Shown here in pieces: positions 39,982 through 53,589 of a stretch of DNA of 64,000 nt. A program made the position numbers and the translations under genes. Source of the stretch: Andalucia godoyi And28. Taxonomy: Eukaryota; Protista; Jakobida. The DNA is taken from the NCBI GenBank assembly GCA_009859145.1, contig VRVR01000004.1:170677-234676 (forward strand), read 5' to 3'. Numbering within the stretch: the stretch's first letter is position 1; the number at the start of each line of letters is the position of its first letter. The notes under the pieces are model-generated. The model was not told the origin of the DNA, made no database searches, and was given only the letters and a program-made list of their open reading frames with translations.

Positions 39982-42342
39982 TTATGCTGCAGGAAGTTGT
40001 TCCAGCTCGGGTATCTCAATATCCGAAATCTTCGGAACGGTCTCTTGAGATTCAACAAACGCCTTTAGAGCAGAAATGGCCTCGGACGAAAAGACATCGT
40101 CACGAATTATGGACGCTCGACAAAGTTTCAGAAAATTGGACATCTTCGGTTTTCCAAGAGGGGACACAAGACCATTGCTCGCACCCAACGTGCCGAGAGC
40201 CTGCTTCCTGGATGAAAACGAATCAGAACTGTCATCCGAATCGGAATCGCCTCCAAATTCCGTAGAATCCGTGTCGTATTCGATGGAAACCGCTGCAACA
40301 GACACCGCATTGGCAATATCTGGATTGGAAACTGAGCTAATCTCTTTGGAATCCGCATGGCGCATAAGAGTCTCCTCCTTCAGCAGTTCAGATACGGATT
40401 CAACTCGAACAATTGCCTGGACAACAAATTCACGATTCAGCGGTGTATCCACCATTCCAGCTGCAGTGAATTTCTCTGACGACTTCAAGAAGGAATCCAT
40501 ATCGGGAGTCGGGTCAACGATTTCCATCATCTCGTTCACAGCAATGAAGGACGGCAACTGTCCAGCCTTCCTTCGCTTTTCCAAGACTTCCATCACATAC
40601 TTGCTAAGCGCGGACGACTTGATCACTCTGGAAACTGCCGAAAACACAAGAGCCACAGAAGTCAACACAAGAAGAGATTGGCCGGGAGAAATTTGACGGT
40701 CAGTGCTCAAGCAACGATCTTGCAGGTAAAAGAGCGCAGGCACCAGATTCTCCAGAACTCGGATCTTGAACTCAGACACCAAAAGCACCAAGAATCCATG
40801 AGCCTCCACAATCAAATCAATGCAGTCACGCTCGGCGGGCTTCAGCATAACATCGCAAGTGCACCGAATCAGGATGTTGAGCTGCGTTTTGCTGATGGCG
40901 TGCTGCACACGAGGCGTCACAACTGAAGATGATGCAGTAGGCATGCCGGTTGTGGCTTGCAAAGGAGCAGGAAGGGCAACGTCCTCGCTGGCATTTGACG
41001 GAACTCTGTCATGCGTGGCAACCGGGCTCAGTCCGTGAATTCCCGGCTTGGAGACGCGCACCTGTGCATTCACGCGGAAGCAAGATGTCAAGACGCGGAC
41101 TGCAAGCAGCCTCACTCGAGCCGAGGGGTGTGACAAGCAAGTTTTGAGAGGATGCAGAATAGTGTCTGGGAAATACTTTCCGACAGGCAACGTCGCGGGT
41201 CTTTGAGCAACGACATTTGCAGCTTCTAATAAGCGTTCGCACGCCGACGGCTGGCCGTCGATTTTCAAGACATTCTGCATCAGCAGTGCGAGAAATTCCA
41301 GATTTTGTGTTTCATGATGCTCCTTCATAGAAAGAGCCTTGAAGCATTCAAGTAACAGTTGAAACAAAGGAGCCAGCTCGGGTGCCTTGATTTCTGACGA
41401 ATAAAATACCATTCGCACAAGGACATTAAGCGGTTCAAACGACCTTGTGCCACCAGAGCTCCTTACCTGGGCCACGAATCCTGGAATCATGCCAAGAATT
41501 CCCAGCCCAAGAGTCACCTTTGACGCTCGCAGGGCACTTTCCGCATGCTGCAAGACAAGAGCGATCATGGAATACCCGGACTGGCTTCTCAGGCCCTTCA
41601 GCACGGCAGATATTGTGTGTGAGGCAAAAGGCTCCACAAGCCACAAATCCTTGTGATCAAGGACGGCAAACACGCTCTTCGCAAGCTCTCGCATGGTGGT
41701 GATGCTGCACATCCGCGCGATTTGCACCAAGCAATCCGACGCTGCATTCTTCACAGCATCTTCTCCTGCAAAATTCGGAATAACAGCTCCAACAATCGAA
41801 TCTGCAAACTGCAAAGCGTGTGTATCGAGAACCGTGACGAGCTTTGCAATTGCTACCAGAGACGTGTACGACGAATTCAGGGCTGCTGCCGACGGGGTCT
41901 GACCAGCCATTCGGGTGAGATGTGGGATAAAGACGTCGAACTCTCGAACTGTGGGGATGTCGCCCAAATACACGGCCACAATGATGATTGATTCCGCACA
42001 AGCATGATCGAGCATCGACTGGTGCTGCGACAGCGCAAGAAGCATCACAGACTTGAGCTGTTCGACAAACAGGTTCACATTATCTGGGGTTGCATTGACC
42101 AAATCTGTTAGGGCCTTCATTCCAATAGCAACGAAATTGTACCTCTTCTTTTTTGCATCTTGCAGTGCGTGTTTTTCAAAAGCACGGCCAATCTTTGGAA
42201 GCTTCGAAGGATTGGCAATCGCATAGTTGTTCAACTTCATCTGCATCGAAGTGTTCATGGACCCACCAGCCTTGTTTGGGTACACTCCCTGCACTAGCCG
42301 TTGATATCGGTACACAGGCTGGCAAGAACACGCAGCACCCAT
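39982..42342 (-). CDS. EFR3: EFR3 homolog (PI4KIIIalpha plasma-membrane anchor)
   Basis: N-terminal Cys motif MGAACSC, YRYQRLVQGVYP, KLNNYAIANPSKLPKIG; ARM-like body. Confidence 0.85.
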   Translation of the reverse strand: MGAACSCQPVYRYQRLVQGVYPNKAGGSMNTSMQMKLNNYAIANPSKLPKIGRAFEKHALQDAKKKRYNFVAIGMKALTDLVNATPDNVNLFVEQLKSVMLLALSQHQSMLDHACAESIIIVAVYLGDIPTVREFDVFIPHLTRMAGQTPSAAALNSSYTSLVAIAKLVTVLDTHALQFADSIVGAVIPNFAGEDAVKNAASDCLVQIARMCSITTMRELAKSVFAVLDHKDLWLVEPFASHTISAVLKGLRSQSGYSMIALVLQHAESALRASKVTLGLGILGMIPGFVAQVRSSGGTRSFEPLNVLVRMVFYSSEIKAPELAPLFQLLLECFKALSMKEHHETQNLEFLALLMQNVLKIDGQPSACERLLEAANVVAQRPATLPVGKYFPDTILHPLKTCLSHPSARVRLLAVRVLTSCFRVNAQVRVSKPGIHGLSPVATHDRVPSNASEDVALPAPLQATTGMPTASSSVVTPRVQHAISKTQLNILIRCTCDVMLKPAERDCIDLIVEAHGFLVLLVSEFKIRVLENLVPALFYLQDRCLSTDRQISPGQSLLVLTSVALVFSAVSRVIKSSALSKYVMEVLEKRRKAGQLPSFIAVNEMMEIVDPTPDMDSFLKSSEKFTAAGMVDTPLNREFVVQAIVRVESVSELLKEETLMRHADSKEISSVSNPDIANAVSVAAVSIEYDTDSTEFGGDSDSDDSSDSFSSRKQALGTLGASNGLVSPLGKPKMSNFLKLCRASIIRDDVFSSEAISALKAFVESQETVPKISDIEIPELEQLPAA

Positions 42343-42738
42343 TTTCCGGACACAATCTCGCAAAATCTCGTTGTATCAAAAACGCAACAAGCATGAGAAA
42401 ACATGGAAAAGAGAAGTAGGAAAACGAAGAAGACCCGACGAGAAATAAGAAAGTGCCGGCACCACACTCCTCCATTGACTACGGTATGTGTCTGAACGTG
42501 GGAACTCGGCTGCATTTTCTTTCATGATCGGTGTTCTCTTCAGCTGCCAGCATTTGGAAACATGTTTTATTTTTTCTTCCTTTTCCTTTTTCTCTTCACT
42601 GATTTCTTTTGTTGCTATCTTTTGCGATACAGTTTTTGACTTCCTTTTTTTGGGGGTGGGAGAGAGGTGGATTGGGGAATCCGTAGTCCATTTCGAGTTT
42701 GCTTGAAGAAAAAAAACGTCTAGGATTTGCCGGATATC

Positions 42739-44145
42739 ATGTCTGATTCAAGACTGCTGGCTCCGCGAGAACCAATTGACTATTCGTATTCTGCAACAGA
42801 TGCGCAATCGACGGCGCGATATGCATCGAATCGGCCGATTTTGCGGTCAAAAAGCATCGAGTTTGCACCCGATCGGCTAACAGCACAATACGACTCGCTT
42901 CCTCTTGAGACGATCGAGGAGCTCAGCTCTAAAATTGCGGTTCTTTCCAAGGCTGTCATTGCAGAACGCAAGCTGCGCATCTCCGAAGCAAAACACAACG
43001 CTCAGCTGACAGAATCACTTCATGCTGCGGAGCGATCGTTGGCTGAAAAGATGAGCCACATTCGAAAAGTCGTCGAGGAAAAGATTAAGGCAGAAGAGGA
43101 ACTTGCCGATTTAAAGTTTACATTGGACGAATATCAGAAAAGCCCATCATTGCCGGTGCTTACTGCGGCAAACATGACCACTTATCAGGGGCCGTTTTCT
43201 CCCGGAAGTAAGCGACAACTGCTTCCACAGTCTTCGCAGCCCCAGGGCTTGGAAGACAGTGATTTTTCTGATACTGCAAGTATAAGCAGTCGATCGACGG
43301 TGGCGCGTCCACTAATGTCAACTGGTACTGGCGCTGGTGCCCGAGACAGCATATCGATCAACACCTCAAAGCTGAAGAAAAAGGAGCTGGAGGATGAGCA
43401 CAAAAAACTGATGGCGGATTTCCGCAGTGCTCAGAACAAGATTTTCGATCTTGAAGAAACAGTCAAATTCAAAGAAACCGTGATATCGGATCTGCGAATC
43501 GTCTCGGAAACAAAGTCAAACATCTTTGAGAAACAAGTCCAGGAGCTTGAGGCAGGGAAAGCACAAATCGTCTTTCAAATGCGCGTGCTGGACGATGCGC
43601 ATAAAAAGTTGACAAAGGACAACCAGGAGCTATCCGAAGAGAGGCGCAAGACAACACTTGACGCGCAGATGTGGAAAAGTCGGTACGAAGAGACGGCATT
43701 CAAGCTTGGAGAGCGAGAAAAGAAACTTTCGGACCTCGGATCGCAGATCGAGAATTTGCAATCTGAGCTGTCAAAGATGACCTTGGAGTCTCGTTCCTTG
43801 GCCAACAAGCTCATGGACATGAAGAAGAAGAACACAGCAGGCGGAATTCTGCTTGCAACATTTCCCGTGCGCAAGGTGCATCGTCTGCTTCCGCCTTGTG
43901 AGGCTCAGCTTGTAGTTGCGCAGAAACCCTCCGGCGATCTCATTCTTGACATCGTTGCATTTGGTCGCCATAAGGTGGAGGAATTTTCGTCGGTTCGGGA
44001 AATTCGTGCATACCGCGATAAGCTTACTATCTTATACACCTTCCGAGAACCGGATATTCTCGAGTCTGACAGCTCCGAGACTGTGGCTCGCACGCTTCTT
44101 TCGTTCCGCGATCAGTCTGCAGCAGCTGGTACCGCCGTCCAGTGA
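42739..44145 (+). CDS. Coiled-coil hypothetical protein with small C-terminal beta domain
   Basis: Heptad-rich E/K/L segments; 468-aa ORF. Confidence 0.7.
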   Translation: MSDSRLLAPREPIDYSYSATDAQSTARYASNRPILRSKSIEFAPDRLTAQYDSLPLETIEELSSKIAVLSKAVIAERKLRISEAKHNAQLTESLHAAERSLAEKMSHIRKVVEEKIKAEEELADLKFTLDEYQKSPSLPVLTAANMTTYQGPFSPGSKRQLLPQSSQPQGLEDSDFSDTASISSRSTVARPLMSTGTGAGARDSISINTSKLKKKELEDEHKKLMADFRSAQNKIFDLEETVKFKETVISDLRIVSETKSNIFEKQVQELEAGKAQIVFQMRVLDDAHKKLTKDNQELSEERRKTTLDAQMWKSRYEETAFKLGEREKKLSDLGSQIENLQSELSKMTLESRSLANKLMDMKKKNTAGGILLATFPVRKVHRLLPPCEAQLVVAQKPSGDLILDIVAFGRHKVEEFSSVREIRAYRDKLTILYTFREPDILESDSSETVARTLLSFRDQSAAAGTAVQ

Positions 44146-44268
44146 TACGGTTTTCTGCTCTCGTTTCTGTTTTTCTCCCGCAAACATGGGCGTTGACGTG
44201 TTATTGGCTGAACTCCCTTTTGCGTGCAGCACGGTAATTTTACTACGCAGTATTCTGATCTCTCTCTT

Positions 44269-44301
<33 letters not shown>

Positions 44302-44590
44302 TACCCACACACACACCCGTGCGGGCGCACACACACAATCCGTCTCCATTATTGTAAATTTTGAGGAAAAATATATCGAGCCTCGCATTTCATACTATTT
44401 TTCTTTCTTTGCTTTCCCGCCTTCGTTTTTCTTAATCAATACAATAATAAAACAGGCGACAACAAGAACGAAAGGTGACAGCCGACCAATAATACAGATC
44501 TAGATATTCCAGAAAGTGAGACGAGAGAATGAACAGAAAAACAAAGCAAAATTGAGAACAGAAAGAAAAATAAAATGCATCAAAATTCTG

Positions 44591-48334
<3,744 letters not shown>

Positions 48335-48832
48335 TTCAAATGCGAGAGAAATGAGTTCAGGAATCACTGCAGTCGAAGTTGTATCAGATTGTGGAAATAA
48401 AAGAAAACAGGGAATGCAAGAGCATATACCGAACACCAAATTTTGTGTTGGTGCGAGATACGCAAAACAAATAAAAGGAGAGGGGGAGAAAAGGAGAGGC
48501 GGGGAGAAAACAAACGCAGGCAGTAAAAGTAAAAGGAGAGGAAGAAAAAGGTGAACAGAAGATGAACAGAAAAAGAAAAAGAAAGGGAGGAAGTCAGGAA
48601 AGGAGAAAGAAGGTGAACGCCTGCAAGAAGAAAAAATGAAAGGGAAATAAAGGAACGGAAATGAAAGGAACACGGGGAAGGGGGGAAATGGATAGAGAGA
48701 AATAGAATGGAAAAAATGAGGTGTGTGGACGGGATGGTTTTTTCTTGTCGGGGAAGAGGGGCGACGAACGGCAAATTGGGGAGCAGATGTCTTGCTTCTA
48801 ACGCGCAAGGAATTTGCCAAAACGGCGGAGGA

Positions 48833-49034
48833 GTGACGGCAAGCTGTGACGAGCGTCACGGATGTCACGCAGAAGGGTGGCTGCTGGAGAGTGGGCGGAA
48901 AGAAAAGGACAAACAGATTGTCACACATGTCATGGGGCGTCACCACCGTGACGGGAGTCCGAGGAATTCTCGATCAGCAAATACCCGCCTGCGACCCGGT
49001 TTCGGAAGCGTTCGTGCTTCAAGTTGCAGTCACG
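48833..49034. promoter_or_regulatory. Cluster of GTGAC/GTCAC motifs upstream of CYC8
   Basis: About 8 copies in 200 bp, including inverted pairs gtgacg-ag-cgtcac and cgtcac-cacc-gtgacg. Confidence 0.4.
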
Positions 49035-49548
49035 AACAGTTGAACTGCCTGCATTCGTCCGAACTGCTGCTGTTCGCAAGAAAAACCTGAGATGCCCGAA
49101 TTTCCCACTCGCTGCTGCTCCTGTCTCTCGATCGAGTAACAAACCTCGTTTGGAACTACAGCAGTTTCCGCAGCATCATTGCCTGGTCCTTTTGCTTTTT
49201 TTGCTATTGTTTTTTTTTTTTTTTGGGGGGTGGGGGGGGGGAGGCTTGCTGAAGAGGAAGAGTGGAAATGAATTTACGCCAGCAAAAAATGCAACATCAA
49301 GAATAAAGGCATCCTTACATAATGGCGACGGGGACAATGATGACGATGTTGTTGATACATTTAATAAAAATTAAAATTAAAATGAACACGAATACAATAC
49401 AAACATGGATGACGATCGCCGATGCTTAACAGAAAAACATGCATGATCATCTCCTACATTTAATGACTGCCATTTTCATTTTTGGTCCTCCCCCAAAGGT
49501 TGGCTCTTGATATCTGATGCAGCGAGAGACGAAGAAACGCTGAGGTCC

Positions 49549-51510
49549 TCAAGACATGGACTGCGATCCAGGAGTACCATCGCGACGATTGCTTCCAAGA
49601 AGGCCAGCTCTCTTTTTCCCGTCTGCAAGAATTTTTCCTGGTGTATTGTCAAGACTGCAGCACGACTTTGCGCGATCACCTAGAGCCATAAAAGTGTCCA
49701 TATCATCACACTCTCGCTCAATGACGCACCCCTTGTGTTGTGCATGAATAGCCTGTGCCGCCTCTTCATCGTAGCAAGATTGCAGTGACTTTTGTCCGGT
49801 CCAGCATCGCTGGAGCGCATTTACAAGCCCCGAGATTGCGAGAATGTCAAAACGCAGCGAGTCTTCGTACGTATTGCAGAAGCAGCCAGGGAACACAGTG
49901 CAAACTGTGCAGATAGCGTGCATGAAGAATGTGGCAATTGAATGTAGAGGCGTTACAAGGCAATACCACGCGCACATATAACACGCTTCGCAACAGCAGC
50001 ACTCTTCCGGCACACTTGCCCGTCGTGCACGTGCCGAATTCGGATCCCGTGCATCCCGGGAATTCCTGCTGCCGCTCCCGCCCCTTCGACCAAACACGGA
50101 AGAAAAGAGACCACCTACTGAAGCAGATGATAGCGATGACGATGGGGCCTCGGGAGCGCATGTGCATCCCGTCTCCATGCGACTATCTTCGGAGCAAAAG
50201 TGAGTGCACACAGTGCATCCCATGCGGAGCCCACAGGGCAGCCCACACACGACAAGCGCAACGACAGACGAAAGCAGAGCTGCAAGAGATGCAGTAACCA
50301 ACTTGAGACCACAGCACTCAAGACGCCTGTCTCTCTGCACAGAATGCTCGACAAGCCGGTCCTGGAGAACGGTCAGTCCGTGCTTGATGGACCGAAAGAC
50401 ACGGCAAGACCAGAATCCCGAGATGACAGCATGGACACAGCAGAGGGCGCGGCAGCCTAGAGGTTCGTTGGGATGCAGACCGTCCGACAGAATGTGCGGT
50501 CGTGTCGTCGAGTACATGGAGTGATCGCAGAAGAGTGTGCCACAAATGGAACCCAGTGCATATGCAAATGCATGGCCAAGCGTTCGCAGAATGTAGGCGA
50601 CCCACAAAAACGGACATCCCAATACACAAAAGAACTTTAGACACGGTGTCATGTACGGTGAGGCACACAAAACCCTGAAGCCACAAGTCGGAACAACAAG
50701 CCCGTATGCAAGAATGACAATCACGGCATTTAGGATCACTGCAACAAGAATCATTGCGAATGAAAGCGGAATCATCAACAAGTTCGCCACTCCTCGCAAA
50801 CAGAGCACGGGGCCGTCTGCAGACGACATGGCACATGATTTTGACGTCTCCTCGTCACAAAGCGCACGGCACACGTTATTCCGTGCCTCTTCCGTGACAA
50901 TCAAGTCTTTGGACTCCTCTTCACACGGATTGCAAAACACTGTGCAAAGAGACGGGGAGTCTGCAAGCCCTGATGGAGTCGATGACGATTGACGCACTCT
51001 TGATGCACTTGCAGCTGCCCCACTGGTGCTAGCAGTGGTCGACGCATACCGCGTGCTTCTTCCGCTGCCTGCGCCACCCGCAGACGTATTTCGAGACGGC
51101 TGCGGTTGTGGATGCGGGTCTGATTCTTCGCGATCACCGGGTTTGAGCTTTGACACGACATTCTTTACGGTGCCGCCAATCACCCCGAATATTCCGCCAC
51201 CGCCACCAGAACTTTGTGCTTTGGTCAGAGACGGCGGAGGAGGCGGCGCAGAAGGAGAAGGTCCTGTTTGGTATGCATCGTGATATGCCGGCTGCTGGCT
51301 GGTCGCTGAATTTCCAGTTGCATACGGGCTGTTCATACCGGCACCGGCACTTGGTTGTGGATGCTGGGTTGCATACACAGGCGGGTGCGGCAATGACGTA
51401 GATGCGGAGACTGAAGATGTAGAAGAGTAGGGATCTGATGAAGAAGCAGGCTCAGGATCGGCATATGGATTCTCACCGGCTGCCTCTGCATATGGATTAT
51501 ACGCTGCCAT
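49549..51510 (-). CDS. Cysteine-rich multi-pass membrane hypothetical protein
   Basis: Pro/Ser-rich N-terminus, then several hydrophobic segments densely interspersed with Cys (e.g. ECCCCEACYMCAWYC). Confidence 0.7.
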   Translation of the reverse strand: MAAYNPYAEAAGENPYADPEPASSSDPYSSTSSVSASTSLPHPPVYATQHPQPSAGAGMNSPYATGNSATSQQPAYHDAYQTGPSPSAPPPPPSLTKAQSSGGGGGIFGVIGGTVKNVVSKLKPGDREESDPHPQPQPSRNTSAGGAGSGRSTRYASTTASTSGAAASASRVRQSSSTPSGLADSPSLCTVFCNPCEEESKDLIVTEEARNNVCRALCDEETSKSCAMSSADGPVLCLRGVANLLMIPLSFAMILVAVILNAVIVILAYGLVVPTCGFRVLCASPYMTPCLKFFCVLGCPFLWVAYILRTLGHAFAYALGSICGTLFCDHSMYSTTRPHILSDGLHPNEPLGCRALCCVHAVISGFWSCRVFRSIKHGLTVLQDRLVEHSVQRDRRLECCGLKLVTASLAALLSSVVALVVCGLPCGLRMGCTVCTHFCSEDSRMETGCTCAPEAPSSSLSSASVGGLFSSVFGRRGGSGSRNSRDARDPNSARARRASVPEECCCCEACYMCAWYCLVTPLHSIATFFMHAICTVCTVFPGCFCNTYEDSLRFDILAISGLVNALQRCWTGQKSLQSCYDEEAAQAIHAQHKGCVIERECDDMDTFMALGDRAKSCCSLDNTPGKILADGKKRAGLLGSNRRDGTPGSQSMS

Positions 51511-51814
51511 CTTCCTTAAGTCGACAAAGGAAAATGAAAACCAGGAAGAGAAGAAGAAAGAAAGGCAGGGTTATATCCGAAAAAGAAATCGAAGATGAGG
51601 CAAGCAGCCTTTTTTTTTTTTAATTTTTTTACGGGCGGCGGAGTAATGTCGGCGTGCCTCACGCCCATGCTCACGCTGCAACATGCAGCCTGAAACTGCA
51701 ACTTTGCATGTTGCTTTATTGATAGAGAACGGAGCCAAGATCCACAGACACGGATATCGCGTTTGAAAAGAAAAAGCTAAGCTGTTAAACGGATTCGATT
51801 GCTTGATGCATTAA

Positions 51815-53338
51815 ATGTCCTTACTTGGTTTCATCATTGATTTAGACCGAGGAATTTTGAATGAGCTTTACAAATCCGAGTGGGTCTGTCAGGCGGTTTT
51901 CCGTGGCTTGTCATCGCTGTCCAAGCAGTTTGTGCTTCGTATGGTCATGCTTGAAGATTGGATCCCCATTTCACAACTGGAAGTCATTGCGCCGTCGAAC
52001 GTACACCGACAAGTTGCCTTAGAACAGCTTTCTTCATTGTATATTTTGCTATTTTCTTCATCGGCGAATGAATCCGTTGCTGCTGCGAATGTGTCCGTTC
52101 TCGAAATCACGTCGGATTCGCTCGTGCGGGTGAACCAGTTGTTCCGTGTGAACTTTCTCCATTCGGTTACCACCCCTCCTAATCCGCCTTTTGGGGACCC
52201 CGTTTCACACGTTGACGGTGCTGTTGTGGACCGTTATGCGCAAGAGCGGTGGAATCAAGTGCTGCAATCCATCGTCGGATCGCAAACTGCAACATCGGAT
52301 CCGCAAGACGGAGATGCAGCTATGCCCATTGTTGAGAATACGGTTGGGCTACTGGTGGAAGCTGGGCTGGTTGTTCCTGTTGGAAACGGTGTCAATGCTG
52401 CTGCGCCGAGCAGAACGTTCGCTTCGTCTTCGACTTCGTTTTCTCGAGCCTCTTCTGTTAATCGAGACTACAACATTACAAATGCTGGCTTTCAGTTTCT
52501 GCTGAGTGATGTGAGAACTCAACTCTGGGCTCTGCTCAAAGTGTACGTTCGACATTTGTCCGAAGAATCCAACGATCTAATCAAGCTGCTGGTTGAATTG
52601 TCATTTCTCGAGTTTTCAAGTGGGTACTCATTGCAACCGCTGAATGCGCTGCAGGTGCGAATGTTCGTGGAGCTGGCGGATTTGGGTCTTGTTTACATTC
52701 CCAAGGATCAACCCGGAGTATTCTTCCCCACGAAACTCGGGTTGTCGCAAATACTTCCAAAGAATCGCTCTGCATCCGCAGGTGCCAGCAGTGGTGCTGG
52801 CGTTTCCGGGTCTTTGACAGGCATTGGCGCAAATCAAGATGGATTTCTGGTGGTGGAAACCAATTTTCGCATGTATGCATACACAGCGTCAGAATTGCAG
52901 GTATCTCTGCTGAGTCTTTTCGCGGAAATCCGCTATTTTCATCCAAATATGGTGGTTTGCGATATCACTCGTGATTCCGTTAGAATGGCGCTGCAAGGTG
53001 GAATCCGCGCTTCACAGATTGTTGGATTTCTGGAAGAGAATTCCCATCCGTGCATGAGAACTCCGAATCAAGAGGCTCCGTGCATTCCTGAAACAGTCAC
53101 AGATCAGATTTTACTGTGGGAACGAGAACGGAATAGAATCAAACCGATTTCAGCGGTTGCGTTTTGCGATATCGACCGAAATGCCTTTCCCGAACTGGTT
53201 CGATATGCTGTCGACAAGCAAATCTGCGTATGGTCTTCTCCACTTCATCACACGGGAGAACTCACATTGGTTGTTCAAAGTGATGCGGCCGAGGAAGTTC
53301 GGTCGTTTCTGCGCAAATTCTCCGCTTCTCGACTATAG
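51815..53338 (+). CDS. TFB2: TFIIH subunit p52 (TFB2/GTF2H4)
   Basis: CQAVFRGLSSLSKQFVLRM, ITNAGFQFLL, DLGLVY, FLVVETNFRMYAYT, ITRDSVRMALQGGIRASQI, PETVTDQILLWERERNR. Confidence 0.96.
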   Translation: MSLLGFIIDLDRGILNELYKSEWVCQAVFRGLSSLSKQFVLRMVMLEDWIPISQLEVIAPSNVHRQVALEQLSSLYILLFSSSANESVAAANVSVLEITSDSLVRVNQLFRVNFLHSVTTPPNPPFGDPVSHVDGAVVDRYAQERWNQVLQSIVGSQTATSDPQDGDAAMPIVENTVGLLVEAGLVVPVGNGVNAAAPSRTFASSSTSFSRASSVNRDYNITNAGFQFLLSDVRTQLWALLKVYVRHLSEESNDLIKLLVELSFLEFSSGYSLQPLNALQVRMFVELADLGLVYIPKDQPGVFFPTKLGLSQILPKNRSASAGASSGAGVSGSLTGIGANQDGFLVVETNFRMYAYTASELQVSLLSLFAEIRYFHPNMVVCDITRDSVRMALQGGIRASQIVGFLEENSHPCMRTPNQEAPCIPETVTDQILLWERERNRIKPISAVAFCDIDRNAFPELVRYAVDKQICVWSSPLHHTGELTLVVQSDAAEEVRSFLRKFSASRL

Positions 53339-53589
53339 TGAAGTCGATTTGTTGGATGTTGCTTTTTCCGTCTGGACGATGCCTCTGCGGTCATATGGGA
53401 TCGAACCCATTGACTGTTGTCGGCTGGATAAACTGTTTTTGGTACGTACACGAAAGAAGGGTGGGAAAGACGGGAGAAGAAAAAAGAAAGTAAGACAGAA
53501 AGAAAAGAAACATTGCTGAAGCAGGTAATGATCATGAAACTCTTAATGTATTTGAAAATTTCAGTGCCGCGTCACTCTAGATCCACTCA

